Source: Octopus sinensis
Lineage: Eukaryota
Assembly (NCBI RefSeq): GCF_006345805.1
Contig: NC_043006.1
Coordinates: 21,886,001-21,950,000, forward strand
Direction: 5' to 3'
DNA: 64,000 nucleotides
Under the pieces are notes generated by a model that was not told the DNA's origin, did not search any database, and saw only the letters and a program-made list of their open reading frames with translations. The position numbers and the translations under genes were made by a program. Position 1 is the first letter of the stretch. Each line of letters begins with the position of its first letter. Shown here in pieces: positions 24,682 to 36,737 of the stretch.

Positions 24682-24993
24682 TGAGCTATGCATATGGGTG
24701 TATGTATATATGTATTATGTATGTATGTATGTATACTGAAACAGAAATGAAAAGGCAAATAGTTTGGCAAGACTTGACAAGGACCCTGAGACACTGATGA
24801 AAATTCCTCATGCCTTTTATATATACACACATCATCATCATCATGTGTGTATATATAAAAGGCATGAGGAATTTTCATCAGTGTCTCAGGGTCCTTGTCA
24901 AGTCTTGCCAAACTATTTGCCTTTTCATTTCTGTTTCAGTATACATACATACATACATAATACATATATACATACACCCATATGCATAGCTCA
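24682..24993. repeat. Perfect palindrome: 151-bp arms, 10-nt loop
   Basis: 24682-24832 is the exact reverse complement of 24843-24993; loop catcatcatc. Confidence 0.95.
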
Positions 24994-24998
24994 CATGG

Positions 24999-25035
<37 letters not shown>

Positions 25036-26277
25036 CATACATATATATATACATATATCACATACATATATATATCACATATATCACATACATATATATA
25101 TCACATATATATATCACATATATATATCACATATATATCACATATATATCACATATATATATCACATATATATATCACATCACATATATATATCACATAT
25201 ATATACATATATATATCACATATATATACATATATATATCACACATATATACATATATATACATCACATATATATTGTGTATCACATCCAACCCATGCCA
25301 GCAGGGAAAACATGTTAAATGATGATACACACACAGATATATATAGGTAAATAATTGTGTAATTTAAGTGTAGGTGTGTGTATGTTAATGATAAAGAACA
25401 AGTTTAACAAGGAAGTTTATGAACAAGGAGACAAATGTATGAAGTTAAAAATACTTGTGTGAGTAGGTGTGTGTGTGTGAGTGTGTGTGTTTTCATGTGT
25501 GTGTCCATTTAAGTTTACACTGTTGACAAGGTCATAAAAAAATAGGTAATTCTAATTGCTTTCATATACACACAGCAATAATCACTTCTTACACTGACAA
25601 GGTTTAATAGTGTATTTTGATTCAGTAATACAATGCCAAAGGAGTTAATAGATATTAATAATAGATATTTCTGTTTCTTTAAAACCTCTTAGAAACCAAT
25701 GAGGTCAGTCTGCTAAAAATAGCAGCCATTTCTCAAAATCACACCCCACTCGTTTTAAAAGCGAACACAGTGTCTAACAGACAGGGTGGTTGCAGTTAGA
25801 ATGTCTTTGGTCATACCCTTTAGCATCTAATCTAGCCATTCTGGCCCAAATACTCTACCTGTTTTATATTCAAACCAGACAGAGCCAGTCTCTCATACCT
25901 ACCCTGTAATGTTATCCTAAAAATAAACAATGATTTCATCAAAATCTTGAACCTATGTGATAACGCATGGTTAATTCAAAACAATGTGAATACTTAATTA
26001 CATTTGATAAAATAATATGATCGCTAAAGGGTTAATCAGAGTTAACCCAAGGTTATACAATAAAACCGAGAACAATTGAAACTGTAATAAACAGCTAAAA
26101 AAGCTATGTTGTAAGAGGAAGTAACTCAGAAAGCAGTCACCTATGAAATTACACAAGAATGTTATGTTAGTGAATAACAAGAGAGCAGTATAGCTTGGAG
26201 TTAGGAGTCCCACTTGCTCAAATGTGGAGGAAGGAGTAATGCAACTAGTTTTCACAGACAATCCTTTAGGTACAGGT

Positions 26278-26514
26278 ATACCTATTTCTTTATTACCCAC
26301 AAGGGGCTAAACATAGAGGGGACAGACAAGGACAGACATAGGTATTAAGTCGATTACATTGACCCCAGTGCGTAACTGGTACTTAATTTATCGACCCCGA
26401 AAGGATGAAAGGCAAAGTCGACCTCGGTGGAATTTGAACTCAGAACGTAACGGCAGGCGAAATACCGCTAAGCATTTCGCCCGGCATGCTAACGTTTCTG
26501 CCAGCTCGCCGCCT
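26278..26514 (-). mobile_element. Family B SINE
   Basis: Reverse-complement copy. Confidence 0.9.
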
Positions 26515-26712
26515 TTTGGTATTTATATGCCTGTTGACAAAATTTCAGATACAGGTATACCTGTGTGATAAGTTTGCTTCCCAAACAAACAGTTTCAAGT
26601 TCGGTCCCACTGAATGACATCTTGGGCAACTGTCACTTACTATAGCCCCCAGACAACCAAAGCCTCGTGAGGGGATTTTGATAGAAACTGAAACCCATAT
26701 ATATATGTGTAT

Positions 26713-26764
<52 letters not shown>

Positions 26765-28475
26765 TATATATATATATATATAGGTGTGGCTGTGTGGTAA
26801 GTAGTTTACTTACCAACCACATGGTTCAGGGTTCAGTCCTACTGCATGGCACCTAGGACAATTGTCTTCTACTATAGCCTCGGGCCAACCAAAGTCTTGT
26901 GAGTGGATTTGGTAGACGAAAATTGAAAGAAGCCTGTTGTAAACATGTTTGTCTTCCTACCATTGCTCGACAACTGATGTTGATGTGTTTATGTCCCCAT
27001 AACTTAGCAGTTCAGCAAAAGCGACCGATAGAATAAGTACGAGGCTTGTTCGACTATAGGTAGTACTCCAACATGGCCGCAGTCAAATGACTAAAACAAA
27101 AAAATTTTTTTTTTAAATATATATCCAAAGTGTTGTGTGTGTGTCCTTCTCCCTTTGCTTTGACATTTCATGCAAATTGTAAATGAGTGCCACTGTCATG
27201 CAAGCTACCTGTTTCCATGCAAGCTACCTGGTCATGGCGAAATACTTTATTTGGAAACAAATGATGGCTGGTGCCAAAAAAAAAAGGGCATCCAGCCACA
27301 GAAAATCTGCCTCAGTAATTTCTGTCCAGCCTATATGATGAGCATGGAAAAGTGGACATTATAATGATGATGACTCCTATAATCAGTGAGATTGGTACCA
27401 TTAATGATTCTCTTGAAACCCTTGTTAACACCTGTGGTTAAGTTAACACCTGTGGTAAAGTCATGAACAGAAGGAAAATTCTTGAGAGCTGACATTCTGG
27501 GAAAGAAGAACTTGGTGTAATGTTTAGCACAAAGCCTGTAGTGATTTGTGCACAGTGGTTATGAAAGGCAGAGAAACAAGTAGGCTGAGAATACCCAAGT
27601 TTAGATAGCATGAGCCCAATCAGCCACAAGAAGCATTTACTATTATGTGATAGGTGTGATAAATTATCTTTATATAATAACAGAGACAGCTTTAGATGTT
27701 TATCTTATAGCGTCGGAAATTATTAAGTTCACTGAACACCATAATTTCTGATTTCAATGTTTTGAATTTTTTTTGCAAAATTGTAGTGGGTGCTTTTTAC
27801 GTGCCACCCGCATTGGTGCCAGACGGAGCGTGGCTGTTTGCCAGCTCCGTCTGGCACCTGTGTGGCTGGCACGTAAAAAGCACCCACTACACTCACGGAG
27901 TGGTTGGCGTTAGGAAGGGCATCCAGCCGTATAAACACTGCCAGATCTGACTGGGCCTGATGCAGCCTTCCGGCTTCACAGACCCCAGTTGAACCGTCCA
28001 ACCCATGCTAGCATAGAAAACGGACGCTAAATGATGATGATGTAATCTCCGAAGTTTAAAACATACAAATCAAAGAAATTAGTTTCTGATAAGCTAGATA
28101 ATTTGTGACTATTCTACAGGATTGCATGATTGGTCATCCAAATTCCATGATAACCATCTCCAGCTGTGGATCTTTTGATGACTGGCTATAGTTCTTAAAA
28201 GGTAGCAGCAACAGTGGATATAACTATACAGGCAGTTGGAGAATTGCACCTGCTCTACAGCTTATACTATACCCCTGCCCCTTCACTTGCAAGGAAACTA
28301 CAGCAATTACAGTATTTCATTGTTGCTGACCACCCATAAGATCCAAGATCCATATTGTTGGTGAAGATACCTGCATATGGGAGATTTGATATTGGTACTG
28401 GGAGGAAAGAGGACACATTTTGCCCCAGTTGCACTTTATTGTAAAGCTGGTCAACAAGGAAAGAAACATACTTAC

Positions 28476-28483
28476 CTCTTCAC
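28476..28483 (-). CDS. Putative 8-nt microexon GTGAAGAG (completes G-E-E)
   Basis: tgtattttccag|GTGAAGAG|gtaagt. 67+8 nt restores phase 0 with the preceding candidate exon. Confidence 0.4.
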
Positions 28484-29469
28484 CTGGAAAATACATTTTC
28501 AGCAAATTAAGTACTTTTACTTTCATGGAGTACTGGAAATGAAGTAACACCAAATTTGCAATGAGTTTATAGACACTACTTGATAATCACCATTTGGCCA
28601 CTAAAGAAATAACAACTAATGTACTTTTTTCTTTCACCTTGATGAGGTGGTTTCTCAATATAAAAAAAAACTATTAATGGAGGAAAGTAAAATAGTCGAC
28701 AATGTAGTGCCACCTTAATACTAAAACCATCCAACATACCACTGTTATCACTGAAGTTGAATTCTTTGAATATTTTGATTACATTCTTAATTAATGTGAA
28801 CAATTTAATCTTCAAGTGAAATGACTCAACAGAAGAGAAAACTAATAATAGAAAACGCATGAGAAACACAACAGCATTTCTGCAAAATTATGAAATTTTG
28901 CTGCACCTGACTGTTCTGGTAGTGAAGTTATGAAGTTCCCCGAAAATTTGCATTATACAGATGGATATCTGCAGAGATGTTTGTACTAAAATACAAACAT
29001 CTCCACAGAATAGCTGTCACTTAACCCTTTCATTACTGTATTTCTTTTTGAGATGCTCTGTTTCTTTCAGCTATTTTAAATATAACAAAGAATTTAGTAA
29101 AATAACTTAGTTATCAGAAAGCTAATGTTAGGAACGTAAATTGTGACAAAGGCTTGGTGGAATATTTTAATTCAAAACTTATGAAAACAAAACATTTTAC
29201 CACAGAGCCAGTATTGGCCGGGTTAATAACACAAAAGGGTTAAAGTTCCATACCTCATAGAACAGGAAAATGGTAGTTTTGAGAGTTATTCTGCTTTTTT
29301 TTTTTTTTTTTTACTATTCATACACTTCATATGAAATGATTAACCTTTTCGTTACTGCATTTATTTTGAGATGCTCTGTGTTCCTTTCAATTACTTACTA
29401 ACACAGTAGCAACCCTTATCACGTCATCAAAGAAACTTTGTTGACAAACATGTATCTTTTCTAACCTAC

Positions 29470-29995
29470 TTCATCATCATCATTTAACATCTGCTTTCCA
29501 TGCTAGCATGGGTTGGACGATTTGACTGAGGGCTGGCGAACCAGACTCCAATCTGATCTGGCAGAGTTTCTACAGCTGGATGCCCTTCCTAACGCCAACC
29601 ACTCCGAGAGTGTAGTGGGTGCTTTTGCGTGCCACCGGCACAAGGACCAGTTTGGTGGTACTGGCAACAGCCACGCCCAAATGGTGCTTTTTACGTGCCA
29701 CCTACACAGGAGCCAGTCCAGCGGCACTGGCGACGACCTCGCTTGAATATTTCACATGCCACCAGCACAAGTGCTAGTAAGGCGACACGGTAACGATCAC
29801 ACTTGAATGGTGTGCTTAACATGCCATCGGCACAAAGGCCAGCTATTTGCTCTGGCAACGATCTCACTCATATGGTACTCTTAACGCTCCACTAGCAACA
29901 GATGCCAGTCACCGAATTTGATTTCAACTTCGATTTCACTTGCTTCAACTGATCTTCGCAAGCAGAGTTTAGTGTCCAATGAGTTTACATAATCG
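29470..29995 (-). mobile_element. Family C element, long 5' monomer array
   Basis: Several gtggcacg/atgtaaaaagcacc monomer variants upstream of the core. Confidence 0.8.
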
Positions 29996-30003
29996 TTTAC
30001 ATA

Positions 30004-30364
30004 GTGGTTAGGGGAGCGGACTCGCGGTTTCAATTCCCAGATCGGGAGTTGTGAGTATTTATTGAGCGAAAACACCTAAAAGCTCCAGCAGGGGGTGGTG
30101 ATCCCTGCTGTACTCTTTCACCACTCTTTCTTCTGTTGGCCTGCTCGCTTAACCAGCGGGGTGACGTCATTCGAGGCTAAAACAATGCGAAGCACATTGA
30201 GACCAGCGATGTGTAGCAACACCTGATAGCCTGGTCGGTTACGGTGATATATATATATAATATATATATATATGGTCGGTTACGGTGATATATATATATA
30301 TATATATATATATGGTCGGTACGGTGATATATATATATAATATATATATATATGGTCGGTTACG

Positions 30365-30370
<6 letters not shown>
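30004..30370 (+). mobile_element. Family D1 tRNA(Arg-like)-headed SINE with reiterated 3' end
   Basis: Same family as 6025-6324 (-), 47380-47650 (+) and 48243-48552 (-); the 3' ggtcggttacggtga+(TA)n block is repeated 4 times. Confidence 0.85.
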
Positions 30371-30409
<39 letters not shown>

Positions 30410-30885
30410 ATTTTTTTTGTCATTTTTGTGCAACTGTGCTGGAGCACTGCCTTTAGTCAAACAAATCGACTGAATACTAGCCAATAATTCTTCTAGGTAC
30501 CCTTGAATGAGTTGTAATTATGTGTGTTTGATTGCACAAACTAAAAACTGATAAACATTGTTTATTTTAGTTAGCCACAGGTAACTGTCTGAATCATCTA
30601 AAAATGAAATAGTGTGTGTGTGTGTGTACGCACGCACATACAGAATCAATACTAACAAATGCAAATTCCTGCATTCACATGACTTCTTGGTTTGTGTACC
30701 AAGTCCTTGAAGGCAGGGGTCTACCATCACAAAAAGTACATTTGGAATCGAAGTAACCCTAGAAGAGTATCTATGCTACTTTAGTCTACCTACCTGGGGC
30801 ACTAATTCAAATCACCCCAAACAAAATGCAAACTAAGTATAAACAATGGAAGTAAGAAATTAAGAGAGTAAACAAGCTGGATATT

Positions 30886-31620
30886 GGTTGGAGAATGACA
30901 CATGTGACAACAAGCAGAGTCTGGCAGCTGACTTGGCAGACACCCATAAAATTATTAACCATCTTACAAACAATAACTCTGAGCACCTTTTCAAACTCCA
31001 CCTGTCTAACACCCCGTGGACATATTTACAAAGTCAGAAAACAGCACAGTTCCCATGACTTTAGGAAACATTTTTTCACGCTGAGAGTTGCTGAAGCATG
31101 GAACAAACTGCCGGCATAAGTTGTTAGTTATTGGAGCACTGCATCCTTCAAAACTTCCATGCTTCCTGAGATTCGTCTACACTACACCTGATTTTCTCCT
31201 CCTCCATACACATGCAAGCTTTTATCTGACTCATACACTGTTCACTTTCCAGGCATTTGTACATTACTGCATATGCTTTATACGTGCACTTCCGTGCAGG
31301 TGGCACGTAAAATACACCAATCCGACCGTGGCCGATGCCAGCCTCGCCTGGCACCAGTGCAGGTGGCACGTAAAAAGCACCCACTACACTCACGGAGTGG
31401 TTGGCGTTAGGAAGGGCATCCAGCTGTAGAAACATTGCCAGATAAGACTGGAGCCTGGTGCAGCCTTCTGGCTTCCTAGATCCCCGGTCGAACCGTCCAA
31501 CCCATGCTAACATGGAGAACGGACGTTAAATGATGATGATATGCACTTTCTGACAAGTTGTGGTGCACCTGAGCACTGTATACAATAATTTCATTATTAT
31601 TATTATTATTATTATTATTA
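30886..31620 (+). mobile_element. CR1/L2-type LINE 3' end with 3' UTR and (ATT)n tail, interrupted by a family C element
   Basis: RGHIYKVRKQHSSHDFRKHFFTLRVAEAWNKLPA motif; the same 3' UTR occurs at 4326-4505 (-) and 62720-62905 (-). Confidence 0.85.
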
Positions 31621-32798
31621 AAATTAACATTTTTGGAATTAGTGTAAGATTGTTATTGATCAAATCCTTTCCCCATTGAAGAAAGCTATGAAAGAGGAAG
31701 TGATAGTTTTCTGTTTTGGGCCTATTCAAGACGAAAAAGCTTTTATATCATGAGCCAACTAAATTTTTCTTTCAAACTTTTTCTTTTTAAGTCAAATTAG
31801 AATTTTAAAAATGGTAAAAATGTCCATTTTCATTGAACAACAATAAAAAAAGTTATATCAATATTAAGATAGGAGGGTGGCAAAAAAAATGTTCATAAGT
31901 GGGGAGAAACAACATATTGGATGGAGTTTTGAAAAATTTTCACATGATAAATTGTATTTATGCAAATATAGAATTATTGATGGCATCTTCTCTCTCTCAT
32001 ATATATATATTCAAATATATACAAATTGAGATAGGGGTTGCAAATTCAACCCTCCATGGGATAACATATATCCAATATACTGCTAGTGAAGTACCCAACA
32101 AAGTTAATACATAAATGCTAAGAATTGCAATGCAGTTAATTCATTTACTGTATTTCATGGGCAAAGGTAAAATTATTTTTACCATAAATTGATAATACAA
32201 AATAAGAAAATGGAGAAATATATCTAAATCATTTATCAACTACAATTGTACTTATTGTATTGTATTACTCATTCATGTACGCTGTTTTGTTATATATTTT
32301 TATGTTTAACCCTAATGTTCTTATGTAGTGGTTTAATAAAGTATATGATTGGGTATTATCTGGTAGTTGATAAATGATTTAGATGTATTTCTCCATTTTC
32401 TTATTTTGTATTCAAATATATATATATTTGTCTGTCTAATCTATCTTTTCATCTATTTATCTGTCTGTGCTCCATCCCTTATATATTTGAATGTATATTA
32501 TATAGTCTATTGACTATTTTTTCCTTTCTCACTTGACCGCTGGTAGCGGAGAATTTTTCTAGAATTTTTTGCTACCCTAAAATTTATTAATTATATATAT
32601 ATATATTTGGGGAATACTATGGTTCAACATCAGTTCCAGTTATCCCATTGGAACTGCTCCAACAATTAGAATTGATAGTTGCTCCCGGTTTTATACACTT
32701 TCTGATAAGGGGAAGCAGAGTTTCAGAGGAACGATCATTCACAAACAGTAGAAGTCCTATTTTGTCCTGTCTGTCTGTTTATCTAAGAAAGCTAGACA

Positions 32799-33150
32799 GT
32801 CCCACTGCGTGGCACCTTGGGCAAGTGTCTTCTGCTATAGCCCCGGGCCGACCAATGCCTTGTGAGTGGATTTGGTAGACGGAAACTGAAAGAAGCCTGT
32901 CGTATATATGTATATATATATATAAGTGTGTGTGTGTGTATATGTTTGTGTGTCTGTGTTTGTCCCCCTAGCATTGCTTGACAACCGATGCTGGTGTGTT
33001 TACGTCCCCGTCACTTAGCGGTTCGGCAAAAGAGACCGATAGAATAAGTACTGGGCTTACAAAGAATAAGTCCTGGGGTCGATTTGCTCGACTGAAGGCG
33101 GTGCTCCAGCATGGCCGCAGTCAAATGACTGAAACAAGTAAAAGAGTAAA
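32799..33150 (+). mobile_element. Family A SINE, 5'-truncated
   Basis: Starts at cagtcccactgcgtgg. Confidence 0.85.
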
Positions 33151-33319
33151 AGAGAGATAGACAGACAGACAGATAGATAGATGAGACAGACAGACAGACA
33201 AACAAATAGATAGAAAGATGAGACAAACAGACAGATAAATAGGTAGACAGACAGACCCCCCCCCCCATTAACAGTTTACACATTTATACATGTGGAGGGG
33301 GTTTTTTTATCGCGTTTAC

Positions 33320-33386
33320 CACGGACTTGCGCGTGTGCGTGAGTCCGTCCGTCTACTGACAGGCGCATTTGTGCGGGTCCATTCTT
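33320..33386 (-). CDS. Putative 67-nt coding exon (KNGPAQMRLSVDGRTHAHAQVR+g)
   Basis: Long polypyrimidine tract ending tactgcttaag; GC/CpG-rich open phase-0 frame; G|GTAAAC donor; frame-compatible with the 38152 exon. Confidence 0.45.
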
Positions 33387-35657
33387 CTTAAGCAGTACAA
33401 AAAAAAACAAAGGAAAAAAAAACTTTCATTTTAAAAGCACGTGGAGAGAAGAATCGAATCGAGGGAGAGAAGCAACTTGAGTAGCCCGATGGAGGGAATA
33501 CAAGATTGGTCGAGTCTCTTCGTGGTGTTTGTCAACCAGAATTCTGTTTTAAGCACCTCGTATAACCCCTCATAAATTTTCATCTCTGGAATTAAAGAAA
33601 TTTTAGTGAATTTTTCGTGCGTGATTTAAGGGCGATTTAACCGTTATTTTTAGCACAACTCACGACCACCTGATACCTTCCATGTTTTTTCATTGTCACT
33701 CTGACATGTATTGATGCTTTTCAATATTTTTCTCCCCACAAACACATTTAATGGAATGATGATCAACTTAAGGGGGCATTTCTGAGATTCAAGCAAAAAA
33801 TTCAGGTTGTCGTATTTTAAACTGATTTTTTTTTTTTTATAAATCAAAAAATAGTGGGAATTTTTAGGATTTATAGAGGAGAGACTTAAAAATTTGGGGC
33901 TAATGCAATTTCGCACCTCTCCTTGGAAAAAAACCATATTTTTTTTTTGAAAAGTTTTTTAGATTACGAATATGCAAAAAAAAAAAAAAACATTACCCCC
34001 TCCCATTTAAAATTTAGAACTTTTTCAGAATTTCTTTCCCCTATGTTTTAGATGACGGAAACAGTAACACCGTCTTTTAATTATTAAATATTAATGTCTG
34101 TTTCTTATAAAATGGTGTATATTTAATTTATATTATATTATTTACGATTATTGAGGCAAACACAAGTAAAACGCAAATTCTTTTCACACTAATGTCTTTG
34201 TCTGTATTTAAATTCGCTACGGTCTAGTAAACAAAATCAAATATTTAACCCTTTTGTTACCAACCCGGCCAAAACTGGCTCTGGCTCTGAGTACAAATGT
34301 CTTGTTTTCATAAGTTTTGCATTAGAATATACCACCAAACCTTAGTCACAATTTATATTCCTAACACTAGTTTAATGATAACTAAGTTATTTTACTAAAT
34401 TCTTTGTTATATCTAAAGTAATTGAAAGAAACACAGGGCATCTCAAAATAAATACAGTAACAAAAGGGTGGGCTGGGGGGTGGTCAAATTTAATTTTTTT
34501 TTTTTGCATATTCGTAATCTCCGACATCTAAAAAGTAGGAACCCGAAAAAAAAAAAAAAAAGATTTTTTAATGCATTTTTCAAGGAGAGGTGCGAAACTG
34601 CATTAGACCCCCCCCCCCCAAAAGATTTTTTAACTTTTTTAATTGTATGAATTCCCATGTATTAAGAAGTTATGAGGGGTTAGATGAGGTGATAAACCAG
34701 GTTTCTGAATAAACATGTAATGCTACGATGCTAAGACATTTTCAATTTACATGTCAAGTATTATCAATAATTGAGTGAGATTATTTATTTCATCGACTCA
34801 CTTTCCTTGAAAAGTTCGCTTTTTGTTTTCACATATGTGTAATGTTATATATGAAATTATACAAGCCATGTACACTCAGTTAATCGATTTAAAATATATT
34901 GGTAAAAATATTTTTAATACTTTGTTTATAGTATTTAAATGAAATGTGACTTTTCCCGGGAAAAGCATGCATTTATTTAAATTCAAAGAATTCAATTAGG
35001 AATAATTTTAAAACATGAATTAATGAAAGGATGCAGTGATGTGATGTATTCGGATCAGCAGAAATGATTTCTAAAAGCTAGTTGATAAGAAGCAACGATT
35101 TAGCGATATTTCCCCATTTTCTTTTTAATACGATGCGGCCCGCCAAATTTACCCAACATGAGCCATTCTTGCCCACGTGGTCTGGTGCTCCGTCTCATTG
35201 CGCGGCACCTTGGGCAAAGGGTCTTCTATTATTGCCCTAAACTTACTAATGCTTTTTGAATGAATTTGATAGACGAAAATTGTGAGGAAGCTTGTCGCAA
35301 ATATATACATATATATAACATTGTTATTATTCTCTTATATGTTTCAGTCCAATGACTGTGGCCATGCTGGAGCACCGCCATTGTAATCATCTTTTTACCC
35401 AACATAAGCCATTCGTGTCCACGTGGTCTGGTGCTCCGTCTCATTGCGCGGCACCTTGGGCAAAGGGTCTTCTATTATTGCCCTAAACTTACTAATGCTT
35501 TTTGAATGAATTTGATAGACGAAAATTGTGAGGAAGCTTGTCGCAAATATATACATATATATATAACATTGCTATTATTCTCTTGGCCATGCTGGAGCAC
35601 CGCCATTGTAATCATCTTTCCACAAAGATGATACCTATGTTAATAGGTACTTATTTT

Positions 35658-35945
35658 GGATCTTTTCCTTTTGAACGGCACTTTGTAACATAATTTCTAG
35701 TTAACTAAACACTTTTAAACTTCATATACTGGTAGAATAGGTTTATAAAACATAATTTTTTCTTGGCTTTATTGAGAAAATTCTATAGGTTGTAAGATAT
35801 TTCGGGTGAAATTTCGAGCATTTCGGCAATTTTAACCAATCGCTGGAGTCCATTTAGGTAAACAACATTCCGTGCTGTATGAATACATTGGGTTTATTTG
35901 CATTTGTAAAGAAAAAAAATATACCCTTCCCCCACCCGTAACCCT
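35658..35945. mobile_element. Family E MITE, diverged and truncated
   Basis: One TIR and a diverged body. Confidence 0.7.
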
Positions 35946-36470
35946 ATTATTAATTTAACCAGAAACTTGTAAACGACAATTATTTTAACACAAAATTTGA
36001 GGCCAATTCATAGGGCAATATCTAAAGGAATGAGATATGCATGCGTGTAAGAAAGACAAAAAGTGCATATAGAGTTTTTACGTTCATAACTATTGAACTC
36101 CGTTTCTATTATCATTGTAAGACGTACCATTAATTGCCAACGCAGACTACTTTATTTCCTAATATCCTCTTGTTTCACACAAGAAGCAGACCAAATTCCC
36201 CTCGAATTAACACCAACAGTCAGAAAAAAAAAGAGACGAACGTATAGATTCTCGCTTTTCGTTCTTAAAATGCTGACGGTAACAAAGTTTATGGAGGGAC
36301 ATGTGGAAAAATTGAAATACTTCAGTAATTTAAAATGTCAACAAGTCAGGGAAATGTTATTAGGTGTTTGAACCGTTTGTTTATGTTCCTCTACCAAGTA
36401 ATAATAAGTGGCGTTGTTTTCTTTCTTTTTATATTCCCACTTGAAGATAGAAAATAGATACAGGATAGCA

Positions 36471-36737
36471 GTACTACTAGCGAACAGTGGTCCCGGTGCG
36501 CGCACACGCGTAGTCATGACTAGTCGATCCTACGACTACCTAGCAAAGTAAATAAAACACATAATTTTTTTTTTTACACAAAGTAAATAATTTTTGTTAA
36601 GCGAAGTAAACAAAACACAAAAGCACAAAATAAATAAAAAAAATTTTAAACAAAGTAAATAACACAAAAAGACAAAGTAAGGATCGACTAGTCATGACTA
36701 GCTGGCGCGAACCGGGACCCCTGTTCTCAAGTAGTAC
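36471..36737. mobile_element. Unclassified MITE with about 60-bp imperfect TIRs
   Basis: gtactactagcgaacagtggtcccgg...gactagtcgatcct versus aggatcgactagtc...ccgggacccctgttctcaagtagtac; no TSD found. Confidence 0.7.

Noticed and set aside
24790-24815. ctgatga within the perfect palindrome as a hammerhead core
   Set aside because: No stem II or GAAA follows.
27380-27460. Protein-like IISEIGTINDSLETLVNTC ending at GTAAGT
   Set aside because: The donor is created by a 17-bp tandem duplication (gttaacacctgtggtaa x2), and the surrounding frame is broken.
28576-28869. 97-aa minus-strand ORF with a signal-peptide-like start (MRFLLLVFSSVESF)
   Set aside because: AT-rich low-complexity composition, no recognisable domain and no supporting splice structure.
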